DNA from: Mobula hypostoma
Taxonomy: Eukaryota
Length of the DNA: 64,000 nt
Reading direction: 5' to 3'
Assembly (NCBI RefSeq): GCF_963921235.1
Contig: NC_086097.1
Coordinates: 182,840,001-182,904,000, forward strand
The position numbers and the translations under genes are program-made. Positions 37,648 through 51,752 of this stretch are shown here, in pieces. Position 1 is the stretch's first letter; every line of letters starts with the position of its first letter. Under the pieces are notes generated by a model. That model saw nothing but the letters and a program-made list of their open reading frames with translations, ran no database searches and was not told the origin of the DNA.

Positions 37648-37879
37648 GATGGAATCAACGATTGCAATGATGGATCTGAAGAAACAAGAGGTTTCCCTTC
37701 GGATGAAGTGAATTGTGGGATGTGGTCACCATGGGGATCCTGGAGTGACTGTAGTCAAACGTGTGAAGCTGGAATACAGTCTCGCCGGCGAGTATGTACA
37801 AGCCTCTCGGAGGGTGTACTGCGGCATTGTCGAGGGCACAAGGTGCAGACACAACAATGCTTCAGTCGTGCATGCCCAG
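37642..37879 (+). CDS. SSPO: SSPO exon 15 (LDLa end and TSP1 repeat)
   Basis: gatag|gtg..g|gtaatc; VCDGINDCNDGS...WSPWGSWSDCSQTCEAGIQSRRRVC. Confidence 0.93.
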
Positions 37880-38889
37880 GTAATCTACTCTCTGTAATCT
37901 CTGTCTGCTCTCTGTCGCCCTCTGATACTGTGGTCTCGTCTGTCTACAGCAAGGTTATAGTATTCCCTCTCCCCTCCTGGTGGAGCCAGTGGGCTCCCAC
38001 TTTCACATGATCTCTTTCCTCACGTTGATTCTCTTTGTTCCTGCTCAGCAGCTGATCCCTCCAGAGCCAGGGGCTCCATTGCTCTCTCCACAACCCACTG
38101 CAGAACCATAGTATCCTTATCACAACATACCTTCCCTCCATGTCCGCATCATTAGAAAATTTGGAAACCTTGTGCACTGCCCCTTTCTGCAGGGCATTAG
38201 ATTAGATTAGATAGGTACTTTATTAATCCCAAAGGAAATTACAGTGTCACAGTACAATTACAAGTGCACAGATATACAAATATTAGAAGAGAAGTAAGAA
38301 AGAATAAAAAATAATTTACCTCAAACAGTCTGACAAGAGGGGATCTTCAGTTCCCCAGCTACAGGCTGACTCATTATAGAACCTAATGGCCTCATATAAT
38401 GCTCTTTAGAGCAGCTCAGCTGTTTGAGTCTATTACTGAAAGTGTTCCTCTGTTCAGCCAAGGTGGCATGCAGACGGTGAGAAACATTGTCTAGAATTGC
38501 CAGGATTGTCTGGAGGGTCTTTTGTTATACCACAGCCCCCAGTGTATCCAGTTTGACTCCTATAACAGAGCCAGCCTTTCTAATCAGTTTATTGAGCCTG
38601 TTGGCATCACCCATGTTGATGTCATTGCCCCAGCACACCATTGCATAGAAGATTGTACTGGCGACAACAGACTAGTAGAACATGTGAAGGAGAGGCCTAC
38701 ATATTCCAAAGAACCTCAGTCTCCTCAGGAAGTAGAGGTGACTCGTGCCCTTGTACACAGCCTCTGTGTTGGTGCTCCACTCAAGTCTGTCATCCAGGTG
38801 CACCACCAGGTACTTGTAGGTCCTCACCATCAATAGTAACAGGGAGCAATGCAGGCTTGGTCTTCCTAAAGTCCATCACCATCTCCTTC

Positions 38890-39797
38890 AACGCAAACAA
38901 CAGGAATTCTGCAGATGCTGGAAATTCAAGCAACACACATCAAAGTTGCTGGTGAACGCAGCAGGCCAGGCAGCATCTCTAGGAAGAGGTACAGTCGACG
39001 TTTCAGGCCGAAACCCTTGGTCAGGACTAACTGAAGGAAGAGTGAGTAAGAGATTTGAGAGGGGGAGGGGGAGATCTGAAATGATAGGAGAAGACGGGGG
39101 GGAGGGATGGAGCCAAGAGCTGGACAGGTGATTGGCAAAAGGGATATGAGAGGATCTTGGGACAGGAGGTCCGGGAAGAAAGACAATGGAGAGGGGGAAC
39201 CCAGAGGATGGGCAAAGGATATATTCAGAGGGACAGAGGGAGAAAAAGGAGAGTGAGAGAAAGAATGTGTGTATAAAAATAAGTAACAGATGGGGTACGT
39301 GGGGGAGGTGGGGCATTAGCGGAAGTTAGAGAAGTCGATGTTCATGCCATCAGGTTGGAGGCTACCCAGACGGAATATAAGGTGTTTTATATATTGGCGA
39401 GACCCGACGTAGACTGGTAGACTGGGAGACCGCTTTGCTGAACACCTACGCTCTGTCCGCCGGAGAAAGCAGGATCTCCCAGTGGCCACGTATTTTAATT
39501 CCACATCCCATTCCCATTCTGACATGTTTATCCACGGCCTCCTCTACTGTAAAGATGAAGCCACACTCAGGTTGGAGGAACAACACCTTATACCTGTCCA
39601 GCTCTTGGCTCCATCCCTCCCCCTCCTGTCTACTCCTATCATTTTGGATCTCCCCCTCCCCTTCCAACTTTCAAATCTCTTACTCATTCTTCCTTCAGTT
39701 AGTCCTGACGAAGGGTCTCGGCCTGAAATGTCGACTGCACCTCTTCCTAGAGATGCTGCCTGGCCTGCTGCGTTCACCAGCAACTTTGATGTGTGTT
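38890..39797. mobile_element. Penelope-like element with an inverted-repeat (head-to-head) structure
   Basis: 12-bp TSD accatctccttc (38878-38889, 39798-39809); about 200-bp inverted terminal segments; GIY-YIG C-terminal remnants (YIGET..RLGDRFAEHL, VATYFNS..HS, LEEQHLI, LIFRLGSLQPDGMNIDF). Confidence 0.87.
39701..39737 (+). ncRNA. Minimal type I hammerhead ribozyme motif
   Basis: agtc-CTGACGA-agggtctcggcct-GAAAT-GTC-gact. Confidence 0.65.
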
Positions 39798-40399
39798 ACC
39801 ATCTCCTTCGTCTTACTAATGTTGAGCTGCAGATGATTCAGCTTGCATCATTTGATTAAATCTTCCACCAGGGCCCTGTAGTCATCCTCCCGTCCTCCAT
39901 TTATACACCCAACTGTTGCTGAGTCATCAGAGAATTCCTGCAGATGACAAATATAATGAAACTCAGGGTAGTTTTGTAAAGGTAAATGATGTTTGAAAAC
40001 TTTTCTCAACAACTTTGAGGATGTGAGAGGGAGGGATGATAGAGGGGAACTTGTAGATGTAGTGTATTTAGATTTCCAAGAGGGCATTTGACAAGTTACC
40101 ACACAGGAGGCTGGTGCATAAACTAAACACCCATGGTGTCAGAGGAAGTGTGTTGGAATGGACTGAAAACAGGCTGGCTCGTTGAAAATGGAGTTGGAAT
40201 AAATGGATCACTTTCAGGCTGGAAGGGGGAAACACGTGGAAAAGTTCTTGTCTCACAGTTGTTAATCCACTCTAACACACTTCCTCTGATATCACGAGTG
40301 TTTAATTTACATACCGACTTCCTGTGGCATTTGTCAAATACTCTTTGGAGTTCCAGCTTCCTAAAACTTTACATATACTTCCTCCTCCTTTGTTAATAA

Positions 40400-40653
40400 C
40401 TACCAGTGACCCAGGTTCATTTCCTGCTGCTGCCTGCAAGGAGCTTGTACGTTTTTCCTCTGAACACATAGGTTTCCTCCAGGTGCTCCGGTTTCCTCCC
40501 ACAGTCCAAAGACGTACCAGTTGGTAGGTTAATCGGTCATTGTAACTTGTCCCATGATTAGGCTCGGCTTGCATTGGGGGATTGCTGGGCTGCACAGCTC
40601 AATAGGCCAGAAGGGCCTATTCTGCACTGTGGTTCAATAAATAAATAAATAAA
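40400..40653 (+). mobile_element. HE1-like SINE
   Basis: ggtttcctccaggtgctccggtttcctcccacagtccaaagac core and (aata)n tail. Confidence 0.7.
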
Positions 40654-41329
40654 CACTTCTCTTGCCAACCGAGGTTCCTGTAACCGGCCATCCTTGTCCT
40701 TCCCTCTTCCTGGAACAAACCAGTCCTGAATGCTGGAGAGATGGTATTTAAACAAACTCCTCATATCAGAAAAAAGAGAAAATCCCCAGATGCTGGAAAT
40801 CCAAGCAAACTTTGTGTTCCAGACCTGCTGAAGGGTCTTGGCTCGAAACATAACTATAGATGCTGCCTGGCTTGCTGAGTTCCTCCAGTATTTTGTGTGT
40901 GTAGCACCACATATCAGATGTGGATTTGTCCACAAGCAACTCTTCCTAATTAACGCACTAGTTCCTGTCTGATGCTCCCCCAGTTTAATATTTTCCTTAT
41001 TAAGTCACACACTTATCTTTATTCATAGCTATCTTAAAGCTTAAGGAGTTGTGATCACAGTTTCAAATTGTTCACCCACTGAAAGGTCAATCATTGGGTC
41101 ATGCTCATTCCCCATTACAAGATCCAGTTTGCCTCCCCTCCGGTTGGACTATCCATATATTGCTTCGAGAAGCCCTCTTGTACACACGTAACAAATTCTG
41201 TCCAATCTAAATCTTTTGTTCTATGGCATTCCCAGATTGTGTTGAGAAAGCTGAATTTGCTTCTTTCCATAATCTGCCTGCGTATCTGCTCCTCAATCTA
41301 TATGGCTATCTGGTGATTGCACCTTTATC

Positions 41330-44300
41330 ATAAGACCATTAGACATAGGAGCAGAATTAGGCCATTTGGCCCATTGAGTCTGCTCCTATTCAATTATGGC
41401 TGATCCTTTTTTCCTTCTCCTCAATCCTATTTTCCGGCCTTCTTCCCGTAACCTTTGATGCCATGTCCAATCAAGAACCTATTATTCTCTGCCTTAAGTA
41501 CATCCAATGACCTGGCCTCCACAGCCACACGTGGCAACAAATTCCACAAATTCACCACCCTCTGGCTAGAGAAATTTCTCTGCATCTCTGATTTGAATGG
41601 GTGTCCCTCTATCCTGAGGCTGTGCCCTCTTGTCCTAGACTCTCCCACCATGGAAACATCCTTTCTACATCTACTCTGTCTAGTCCTTTCATCCTTCCAA
41701 ATTCAGGCAAGTACACACCTAAAGCCAACAAATGTTCCTCGTATGAAATCTTTTCATTCCTGGAATCATCCTTGTGAACCTCCTCTAGACCCTCTCCAAT
41801 GCCAGCACATATTTTCTAAGATGAGGAGCCCAAAACTGTTCACAATACTCAAGGTGAGGCCTCACCAGTGCCTTATGAAGCCTCAGCATCGCATCCCTTC
41901 TCTTGTATTCTAGACCTTTTGAAATGAATGCTAATGTGGCATTTGCCTTCCTCACTACCAACCAACCTGCAAGTTAACCTTTAGGGTATTCTGCACAAGG
42001 ACTCCCAAGTCCCTTTGCATCTCAGATTTTTGGATTTTCTCTCCATTTAGAAAATAGCCCACACATTTACCTTTACTACCAAAATGCATGACCATACATT
42101 TTCCAACATTTTATTTCATTTGCCACATTTTTGCCCATTCTCCTAATCTGTCTAAGTCCTTCTGCATCCTACCTGTTTCCTCAACACTACCTGGCCCTCC
42201 ACCAATCTTCTGCAAACTTGGCAACAAAACCATCTATTTCATCATCTAAATCATTTATATACAGCATAAAAAGAAGTGGTCCCAACACCGACCCCTGTGG
42301 AACACCATAAGTCACTGGCAGCCAACCAGACAAATATCCTTTAATTCTCACTCGCTGCCTCCTACCAATCAGCCAATGCTCTAACCATGTTAGTATCTTT
42401 CCTATAATACCAAGGGCTCTTAATTTGGTAAGCAGCCTCATGTGTGACATCTTGTCAAAGGCCTTCTGAAAGTCCAAATATACAACATCCATTCATTCCC
42501 TTTATCTATCCTACTTGTAATCTCCTCAAAGAATTCCAACAGGTTCATCAGGCAGGATTTTCCCTGAAGGAAACCCTGCTGACTTTGCATTATCTTGTCC
42601 TGTGTCATCAAGTAACTCCATCACATCATCTTTAACAATTGACTCTAACATCTTCCCAACCACTGAGGTCAAACTAACTGGTCTATAATTTCCTTTCTGC
42701 TGCCTTCCTCCTTTCTTAAAGAGTGGAGTGATATTTGCAATTTTCCAGTCCTCTAGAACCATGCCAGAGTCCAAAGAATTTTGAAAGATTATTTCTAATG
42801 CCACCACCATCTCAAAGACTACCTCTCAGAACCCCAGGGTGCAGTTCATCTGGTCCGGGAGACTTATGTGCCTTTAGATCTTTCAGCTTTTTGAGCACCT
42901 TCGCTCTTGTAATAGTAACTGCACCCGCTTCTCTTCCTTCACACACCATAACATCAGGCTAGTGATCTCCACAGTGAAGACTGATGCAGACTACCCATTT
43001 AGTTCATCAGCCATCTCCTTGCCCTCGTTACTATTTCTCCTGCCTCATTTTCTTGCAGTCCCATATCCACTCTCATTTCTCTTTTATTTTTATACTTAAA
43101 ACAAACTTTTACTATCCACTTTGATATTATTTCCTAGTTTGTTTTCATAGTTCATCTTTTCCCTTCTGATGATTTTTTTGTTGTTATTTGTAGGTGTTTA
43201 AAAACATCCCAATCCTCTGTCTTCCCACTAATTTTTGCTTTGTTGTGTGCCCTTTCTTTTGCTTTTACAAATGACTTCCCTTGTCAGCCACGGTTGTATT
43301 ATTTTGCCATTTGAGTATTTCTTCACTTTTGGAATACATATATCCTGCACCTTCCTCATTTTTCCCAGAAAAGCACGCCATTGCTGCTCTTCTGACATCC
43401 CTGTCAGCACCTCCTTCCGATTTACTTTGGCCATCTCCTCTCTCATACCACTGTAATTTCCTTTACTCTACTGAAATACTGCTGCATCAGACTTTACTTT
43501 CTCCCTATCAAATTTCAAGTTGAACTCAATCTTATTGTGATCACTTGTTTCTAAGGGTTCTTTTACCTTAAGCTTCCTCTTTGCCTCCTGTTCATTACAT
43601 AACACCCAATCCAGTATAGCTGATCCCCTCGTGGACTCAACGACAAACTGCTCTCAAGAGCCATCTCTGAGGCATTCAACAAACTCTCTCTCTTGAGATC
43701 CATTACCAACCTGATTTTCCCAATTGACCTGCATGTTAAAATCTCCCATGACTACCATAACATTGCCCTTTTGACTCGCCTTTTCTATTTCCTGTTGTAA
43801 CCTGTGGTCCACATCCCAGCTACTGTTGGGAGGCCTGTATATAACTGCCAGCAGGGTCCTTTTACCCTTGCAGTTTCTTAACTCAGCCCACAAGGATTCA
43901 ACATCTTCTGATTCTATATCACATCTTTCTACGGATTTGATCCCATTCTTTACCAGTAGAGCCACAGCTCCCCCTCTGCCTACCTTTCTATCCCTCCGAT
44001 ACAAAGATATTCAGCTCCCAACTACAACCATCCTTCAGCCATGATTCAGTGATGGCCACAACATCATACCTGGCAATCTGTAATATTGCAACAAGATTGC
44101 CCACTTTATTTCTTATACTACGCACATTTAGATACAACACCTTGAGTACCATATTTGCTATAATTTCTGAATCTGCATCCCTAATGTTTTGATACTCAGC
44201 CTGTTAGCTGCAACTAAGTCCCATCACTTGCCTGCCCTTCCTGACAGTCTGACTGCACATTATCTTTACTTGTTTACCATCTGTCCCATCCTGAGTCCCT

Positions 44301-45940
44301 TCACTCCGGTTCCCACCCCACTGCCAAATTAGTTTAAACCCTCCCCAACAGCTCTAACAAACCTGCCCGTGAGAATATTGGTCCCCCTCGGGTCGTATCT
44401 CCCCCAGAAGAGATCCCAATGATCCAAGCATCTGAAGCCCTGCCCCCTGCACCAGCTTCTTAGCCATTAATTTATCAGCCAAATCATCCTGTTTCTATAA
44501 GTATATAGTGGGGTGCCGCAGGGGTCAGAGCTGGGCCTGCAGCTGTTTACAATTTACATTGATGATTTGGAAGAGGGGACTGAGTGTACCGTAGCAAAAT
44601 TTGCTGATGACTGTAAACTGAGTGGAAAAGCAAATTGTACAGAGGATGTGGAGAGTCTGCAGAGGGATATAGATAGGTAAAGTGAGTGGGCCAAGGTCTG
44701 GCAGATGGAATACAGTGTTGGTTAATGCAAGATCATCCACTTTGGAAGGAATAACAGAAGAGCAGGTTATTATTTAAATGGTGAAAGATTGCAGCATGCT
44801 GTTGTGCAGAGCGACTTGGGAGTGTTTGTGCATGAATCGCAAAAAGCTGGCTTGCAGGTACAACAGGTTATTAAGAAGGCAAACAGAATGTTTGCCTTCA
44901 TTGCTAGAGGGATTGAATTCAAGAGCAGGGAGGTTATGCTGCAACTATACAGGGTACTGGTGAGGCCGCACCTGGAGTACTGTGTGCAGTTCTGGCCTCC
45001 ATACTGGCTTTGGAGGCAGTGCAGAGAAGGTTCACCAGGTTGATTCCAGAGATGAAGGGGTTAACCAATGAGGAGAGATTGAGTCGCCTGGGACTATACT
45101 CTCTGGAATTCAGAATAATGAGAGGGGATCTTATAGAAACATACAAAATTTTGGAAGTGATAGATAAGATAGGAAAGTTGTTTCCAATGGCAGGTGAGAC
45201 TAGAACTAGGGGACATTGCCTCGAGATTCAGGGGAGAAGATTTAGGACGGGGATGAGGAGAAACTGTTTTTCCCAGAGAGTGGTGAATCTGTGGAATTCT
45301 CTGTCTAGGGAGGCAGTTCAGGCTTCCTCATTAAATATATTTAAGATGCAGTTAGATAGATTTTTACATAGTAGGGGAATTAAGGGTTATGTGGAAAAGG
45401 CAGGTAGATGGAGCTGAGTTTACAGACAGAGCAGCCATGATCTTATTGAATGGCGGGGCAGGCTCGATGGGCCGGATGGCCTACTCCTGCTCCTATTTCC
45501 TATGTTCTTATGTTCTATCCTTTGTGGTGCGAGGCACAGGCAGCAATTCAGAGATTACTACTCTGGAGATTCTGCGTCTCAGCTTTCTACCTAGCTCTCT
45601 AAAATCACTTTTCAGGACCTCATTGCCTTTCCTTCCTATGTCATTGGTACCAATGTATACCAAGACATCTGGCTACTCTCCCTCCCCATCCAAAATGTTG
45701 TGGATGCGATCTGAGATGTTCCTGACCCTGGCACCTGGAAGGCAACATCCCATCCAGGTGTCCCATCCTTGTCCACAGAATCTCCTGTCTGTTCCCCTCA
45801 GTATTGAGTCCCCTAACACTACTGCTCCCTTCTTCTCTCTCTTTCCCTTCTGCATCACGGACCCCTGCTCAGTGCCTGTAACCCAGTCGCTGTGGCATTT
45901 CCCCAGGACGTCATCCCCCACAAAGCAGTGTACTTATTTT
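41330..45940 (-). mobile_element. Degenerate near-full-length CR1 LINE, interrupted by an opposite-strand CR1
   Basis: RT, endonuclease (IYRPPNS, MGDFN) and ORF1 esterase (VLGDSILRG...CLPGA) remnants in the expected order. Confidence 0.85.
44500..45515 (+). mobile_element. 5'-truncated CR1 LINE
   Basis: ORFs 44789 and 45010 (LVRPHLEYCVQFW, FSQRVVNLWNSL); ttcctatgttcttatgttct tail. Confidence 0.88.
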
Positions 45941-46789
45941 TGAGGAATTCTATCCATAAAGAATCTACTGATGACCCATCCACTTTTTCCCCTCTGAGTG
46001 CAACCATGTTATTCGAAATCAGTCCGCCTTGATATCTTAGGGATTTTAACCATTTCTTTCATGGTGAAGACTTGTGCATAAATGTATTCAACATTACTTC
46101 CTGTTCTTTATTACTAATTCACAAGCCTCTTTCTCCAGAGGCCCCACATTTACCTTATCTGACTCTTCCTATTTGTATATCATTAGATACTTATCCCTTT
46201 TGTCTTTGTACATGTAAGTTTTCTCTTTATTTTCTCTTTTGTTTTGAACTTCGTTGTCTTCTTCTGTTGAATTCTAAAACTCTCTTGGTCTGTCACCAGA
46301 CTTTGCCACTTCATAAACTCCAGATTTCAAGTTAACATTAACCTTCTTTGTTAACTATGCTTCTTTCTCATGGAATCCCTCTTTCTGATTGGGATAAACC
46401 CTTGCATCACATTGTAGACCAGCTGTTTGAGCTTCTGCCTCTGTTTCTCTCCTGACCCCTCTCTTGCCCTCTTTACTCAGTCCTCCTCCCACCAATATAA
46501 TTGCCCTAATTGAAATGGAAGACACAGGTTTTGGTCCTGTGGTGCTTACCCTGAGACTGTGCTTAGAATTCTATGTTTATTCCTTTTTTTTGTGGGATGT
46601 TGTGGCTTGGGATCGGGTTACCCCTTCCCCAATAGCCCTGACCCAGTTCAGGACACCAGAGCTCTAGTGGTCCAGATCAGGGAAGATGAGAGTGGGTGTG
46701 AGCAAAGCATTCTGAGAGATGTTGGAGATGTCTGAGAGAATGAGGGACGACTGCACAGGCACGAGGACGTCAGTGAGTTAGACTGGTGG

Positions 46790-49700
46790 GAAGAGTATAA
46801 AAAGAAGACTGCTTTATAGAGTGGGCATTGGAAGAGCGGATGACAGAATAGAGGGAGTCAGAGTAAGAGGGCTTTAGCTCAATGGGGCTTCATCGATAAC
46901 GGGTCAAGGCGAGGTAACTTACTTGTGAAGAATAGGAATAGGAAGTATATGTGTGAAGCCGGTGTTCTGTACTGGGTGTCAGATGTGGGAGGTCCGGGAG
47001 ACTCCCAGCCTCCCGGACGGCCACATCTGCACCAGGTGCGTTGAGCTGCAGCTCCTTAGGGAGTGTGTTAGGGAACTGGAGATGCAGCTCGATGACTTTC
47101 ATCTGGTCAGGGAAAGTGAGGAGGTGATAGAGAGGAGCTATATGCAAGTAGTCACACTGGGGCCTTTGGAGACAGATAAATGGGTAACAGTCAGGAGAGG
47201 GAAGGACAAGAGTTAGATAACAGTACCCCAGTAGCTGTCCTCCTTAATAATAAATATTCCTGTCTGAGTACTGTTGGGGGGCCGCCGACCTTCCTGAGGG
47301 AAGCAACAGTGGTCGTGCCTCTGGCACAGAGTCTGACCCTGTGGCTCAGAAGGGTAGGGGAAAGAAGAGAATGGCAGCAGTGATAGGGGACTCCATAGTT
47401 AGGGGGTCAGGCAGGCGATACTGTGGATGCAGGAGAGAAACACGGATGGTAGTTTGCCTCCCAGGTGCCAGGGTCCGGGATGTTTCTGATCACATCCACG
47501 ACATCCTGAAGTGGGAAGGTGAACAACCAGAGGTCGTGGTACATATTGGTACCAACGACATAGGTAGGAAAAGGGAGGAGTTCCTGGGAGTTAGGAAGGA
47601 AGTTGAGAAGCAGGATCACAAAGGTAGTAATTTCGGGATTACTGCCTGTGCCACGTGACAGTGAGTATAGGAATAGAATGAGGTGGAGGATAAATGCGTG
47701 GCTGAGGGATTGGAGCAGGGGGAAGGGACTCAGATTTCTGGATCATTGGGACCTCTTTTAGGGCAGGAATGACCTGTACAAAAAGGATGGGTTGCACTTG
47801 AATCCCAGGTGGACCAATATCCTGGTGGGGAGGTTTGCTGAGGGTATTGGGGAGAGTTTAAACTAAAATTGCTGGGGGGTGGGAACCAAACTGAAGAGAC
47901 AGAGGAAGGGGCTGTTGGCTCACAAATATAGAGAAGCTTAGAGACAATGCGAGAGGGAGGATAGGCAGGTGATAGAGAAGGGATACGCTCAGACTGATGG
48001 TTTGAGATGTGTCTATTTTAATGCAGGGAGTATCATGAACAAAATGGATGAGCTTAGAGCATGGATCAGTACTTGGAGCTATGATTCAAAGATTCAAAAA
48101 ACTTTATTGTCATTCTAACCATACATCAGCTCTGCAGGGCAGAATGAGACAGCGTTTCTCAGGGGCAGTGCAATCATAACATAACAAACGCAACACTAAA
48201 TAATAAACATAACAATAAATAATAAAACACAACAACCGCATGTCAGTTAAAATCAGTTATAAGTGTCCAGTGCAAGTTAAAATTGTCCAAAGCAGAGTCA
48301 GGTAGAGCAGCTATTTAGCAGTCTGACTGCCTGTGGGAGGAAGCTGTTTAGTAGCCTTGTGGTTTTAGTTTTGATGCTCCTGTAACGTTTGCCTGATGGC
48401 AGAAGAACAAACAGTTCATGGAGAGGATGTGAGGGGTCTTTAATGATGTACCGTGTCTTCTGGAGGCATCGACTCTGAAAGAGGTCTTGGACAGAAGGTA
48501 GGGAGACCCCAATAACCTTCTCTGCTCCCCTAACCACCCTCTGCAAGGCTTTTTTTGTCAACAACACTGTAGTTAGAGTACCAGGTTGTGATGCAAAAGG
48601 TCAGCACACTCTCAACCACGCCTCTGTAGAATGTAGTTAAGATGTCAGTGGGGAGTGATGCTTGTTTAAGCTTCCTCAGAAAGTGCAATCTCTGCTGGGC
48701 CCGTTTCACAATCCCAGTGGTGTTCCTTGGCCAGTGAGATTGTCCGAGATCTGCACCCCAAGGAACTTGATGTTTTCCACTCTCTGCACTGTGGAGCCGC
48801 TGATGCTGAGGGGTGTGTGCTCAGGCTTAGACCGTCTGAAATCGACGATCATCTCCTTGGTTTTGGTGATATTAAGCATCAAGTTGTTATCCCTGCACCA
48901 TCTCTCTAGGTGTTTGACCTCCTCCCTGTACATAGTTTCATCATTTTTGCTGATGAGCCCCACCATTTGTGGTGTTGTGGCCATTACAGAGACTTGGATA
49001 GCTCAGGGGCAGGAATGGCTACTTAAAGTGCCAGGCTTTAGACATTTCAGAAAGGACAGGGAGGGGAGGCAAAAGAGGTGGGGGCATGGCACTGTTGATC
49101 AGAGATCGTGTCATGGCTGCAGAAAAGGAGGAAGTCATGGAGGGATTGTCTACTGAGTCTCTGTGGGTGGAAGTTGGGAACAGGAAGGGGTCAATAACTC
49201 TACTGGGTGTTTTTTACAGACCACTTAATGGTAACAGGGACATCGAGGAGCAGAAAGGGAGATGGATTCTGGAAAGATGTAATAATAACAGGGGTGTCGT
49301 GGTGGGAGATTTTAATTTCTCCAATATTGATTGGCATCTCCCTAGAACAATGGGTTTAGATGGGGTGGAGTTTGTTGGGTGTGTTCAGGAAGGTTTCCTG
49401 ACACATTATGTAGATAAGCCTACAAGAGGAGAGGCTGTACTTGATCTGGTATTGGGAAATGAACCTGGTCAGGTGTCAGGTCTCTCAATGGGAGAGCATT
49501 TTGGAGATAGATATCACAATTCTATCTCCTTTACCATAGCATTGGAGAGGGATAGGAACAGACAAGTGAGGAAAGCGTTTAATTGGAGTAAGGGGAAATA
49601 TGAAGCTATCAGGCAGGAACTTGGAAGCATACATTAGGAACAGATTTTCTCAGGGAAGTGTACAGCAGAAATGTGGCAAATGTTCAGGGCATATTTGCGT

Positions 49701-51752
49701 GGTGTTCTGCATAGGTACATTCCAATGAGACAGGGTAAGGATGGTAGGGTACAGGAACTATGGTTTACAAAGGCTGTAGAAAATCTAGTCAAGAAGAAAA
49801 GAAAAGCTTACCAAAGGTTCAAAAAATTAGGTAATGATAGAGATCTAGAAAATTATAAGGTTAGCAGGAAGGAGCTTAAGAATGAAATTAGGAGAGCCAG
49901 AAGGTGCCATTAGAAGGCCTTGGCAAGCAAGATGAAGGAAAGCTCCAAGGCATTCTACAAGTATGTGAAGAACAAGAGGATAAGACATGAGAGAATTGGA
50001 CCAATCAAGTGTGACAGTGGAAAAGTGTGTATGGAACCGGAGGAGATAGTGGAGGTACTTAATGAATACTTTGCTTCAGTATTCACTATGGAAAAGGACC
50101 TTGGCGATTGTAGGGATGACTTACAGCGAACTGAAAAGCTCGATCATATAGATGTTAAGAAAGAGGATGTGCTGGAGCTTTTGGAAAGCATCAAGTTGGA
50201 TAAGTCGCTGGGACCGGACGAGATATACCCCAGGCTGCTGTGGGAGGCAAGGGAGGAGATTGCTGAGCCTCTGGCAATGATGTTTGCATCATCAATGGGG
50301 ATGGGAGAGGTTCCAGAGGATTGGAGGGTTGTGGATGTTGTTCCCTTATTCAAGAAAGGGAGTAGAGATAGCCCAGGAAATTATAGACCAGTGAGTCTTA
50401 CTTCAGTGGCTGGTAAGTTGATGGAGAAGATCCTGAGAGGCAGGATTTATGAACATTTGGAGAGGCATAATATGATTAGGAATAGCCAGTATGGCTTTGT
50501 CAAAGGCAAGTCGTGCCTTACAAGCCTGATTGAATTTTTTGAGGATGTGACTAAACACATTGATGAAGGAAGAGCAGTAGATGTAGTGTATATGGATTTC
50601 AGCAAGGGATCTGATAAGGTACCTCATGCAAGGCTTATTGAGAAAGGAAGGAGGCATGGGATCCTTCCTTTCTCAATAAGACTTGTTTTGTGGATCCAGA
50701 ATTGACTTGCCCACAGAAGGCAAAGTGTGGTTGTAGACGGGTCATATTCAGCATGGAGGTCAGTGACCAGTGGTGTATCTCAGGAATCTATTCTAGGACC
50801 CCCTTCTCTTTGTGATTTTTATAAATGACCTGGATGAGGAAGTGGAGGGATGAGTTAGTAAAGTTGCTGATGACACAAAGGTTGCGTGCGTTGTGGATAG
50901 TGTGGAGGGCTGACAGAAGTTACAGCGGAACATCGCTAGGATGCAAAAATGGGCTAAGAAGTGGCAGATGGAGTTCAACCCAGATAAGTGTGAAGTGGTT
51001 CATTTTGGTAGGTCAACTATGATGGCAGAATATAGTATTAATGGTAAGACTCTTGGCAGTGTGGAGGATCAGAGGGATCTTGGGGTCTGTGTCCATAGCA
51101 CACTCAAAGCAGCTGCGCAGGTTGACCATGTGGTTAAGAAAGCACACGGTGTATTGGTTTTCATCAACCGAGAGATTGAGTTTAGGAGCCGAGAGGTAAT
51201 GTTACAGCTGTATAGGACCCTGGTCAGACCCAACTTGGAGTACTGTGTTCAATTCTGGTCACCACGCTACAGGAAGGATGTGGAAACTATGGAAAGGGTA
51301 CAGAGAAGATTTACAAGGATGTTGCCTGGATTGGGGAGCATTCCTTATGAGAATAGGTTGAGTGAACTTGATCTTTTCTCCTTGGAGCGACGGAGGATGA
51401 CAGGTGACCTGACGTGTATAAGATAATGAGAGGCATCGATCGTGTGGATAGTCAGAGGCTTTTTAACCAGGCTGAAATGGCTAACACATGAGGGCACAGT
51501 TTTAAAGTGTTTGGAAGTAGGTATAGCGGGGGATATCAGCGGTAAGTTTTTTACGCAGAGAGTGGTGAATGCATGTAATGGTCTGCTGGCGACTGTGGTG
51601 GAGATGGATACAATAGGGTCTTTTAAAAGGCTCCTGGATAGGTACATGGAAATTAGAAAAATAGAGGGCTATGGGTAACCCTAGGTAATTTCAGCACAGC
51701 ATTGTGGGGTGAAGGGCCTGTATTGTGCTGAAGGTTTTCTATGTTTCTATAT
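46790..51752 (+). mobile_element. Near-full-length CR1 LINE (ORF1 zinc finger plus SGNH esterase; ORF2 endonuclease-RT), disrupted
   Basis: CTGCQMW...HICTRC; VIGDSIVRG...HIGTNDI; GVFYRP, VGDFN; PGNYRPVSLTS; tttctatgtttctat tail at about 51736. Confidence 0.92.
48085..48970 (-). mobile_element. Rex1/Babar LINE 3' fragment inserted in the CR1 endonuclease region
   Basis: WCRDNNLMLNITKTKEMIVDFRR, IKFLGVQISDNL, DPSHPLHELFVLLPSGKRYRS; gattcaaa tail. Confidence 0.88.

Larger units (their letters stand above)
38197..39975 (-). mobile_element. Rex1/Babar LINE fragment interrupted by a Penelope-like element
   Basis: (agatt)n tail at about 38197; CHLQEFSDDSATVGCI; LQLNISKTKEMV-MDFRKT reads across the insertion site. 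Confidence 0.75.

Noticed and set aside
46953..47658. Zinc-finger and SGNH esterase ORFs as a nested host gene
   Set aside because: Standard CR1 ORF1 domains directly upstream of CR1 ORF2, with frame disruptions
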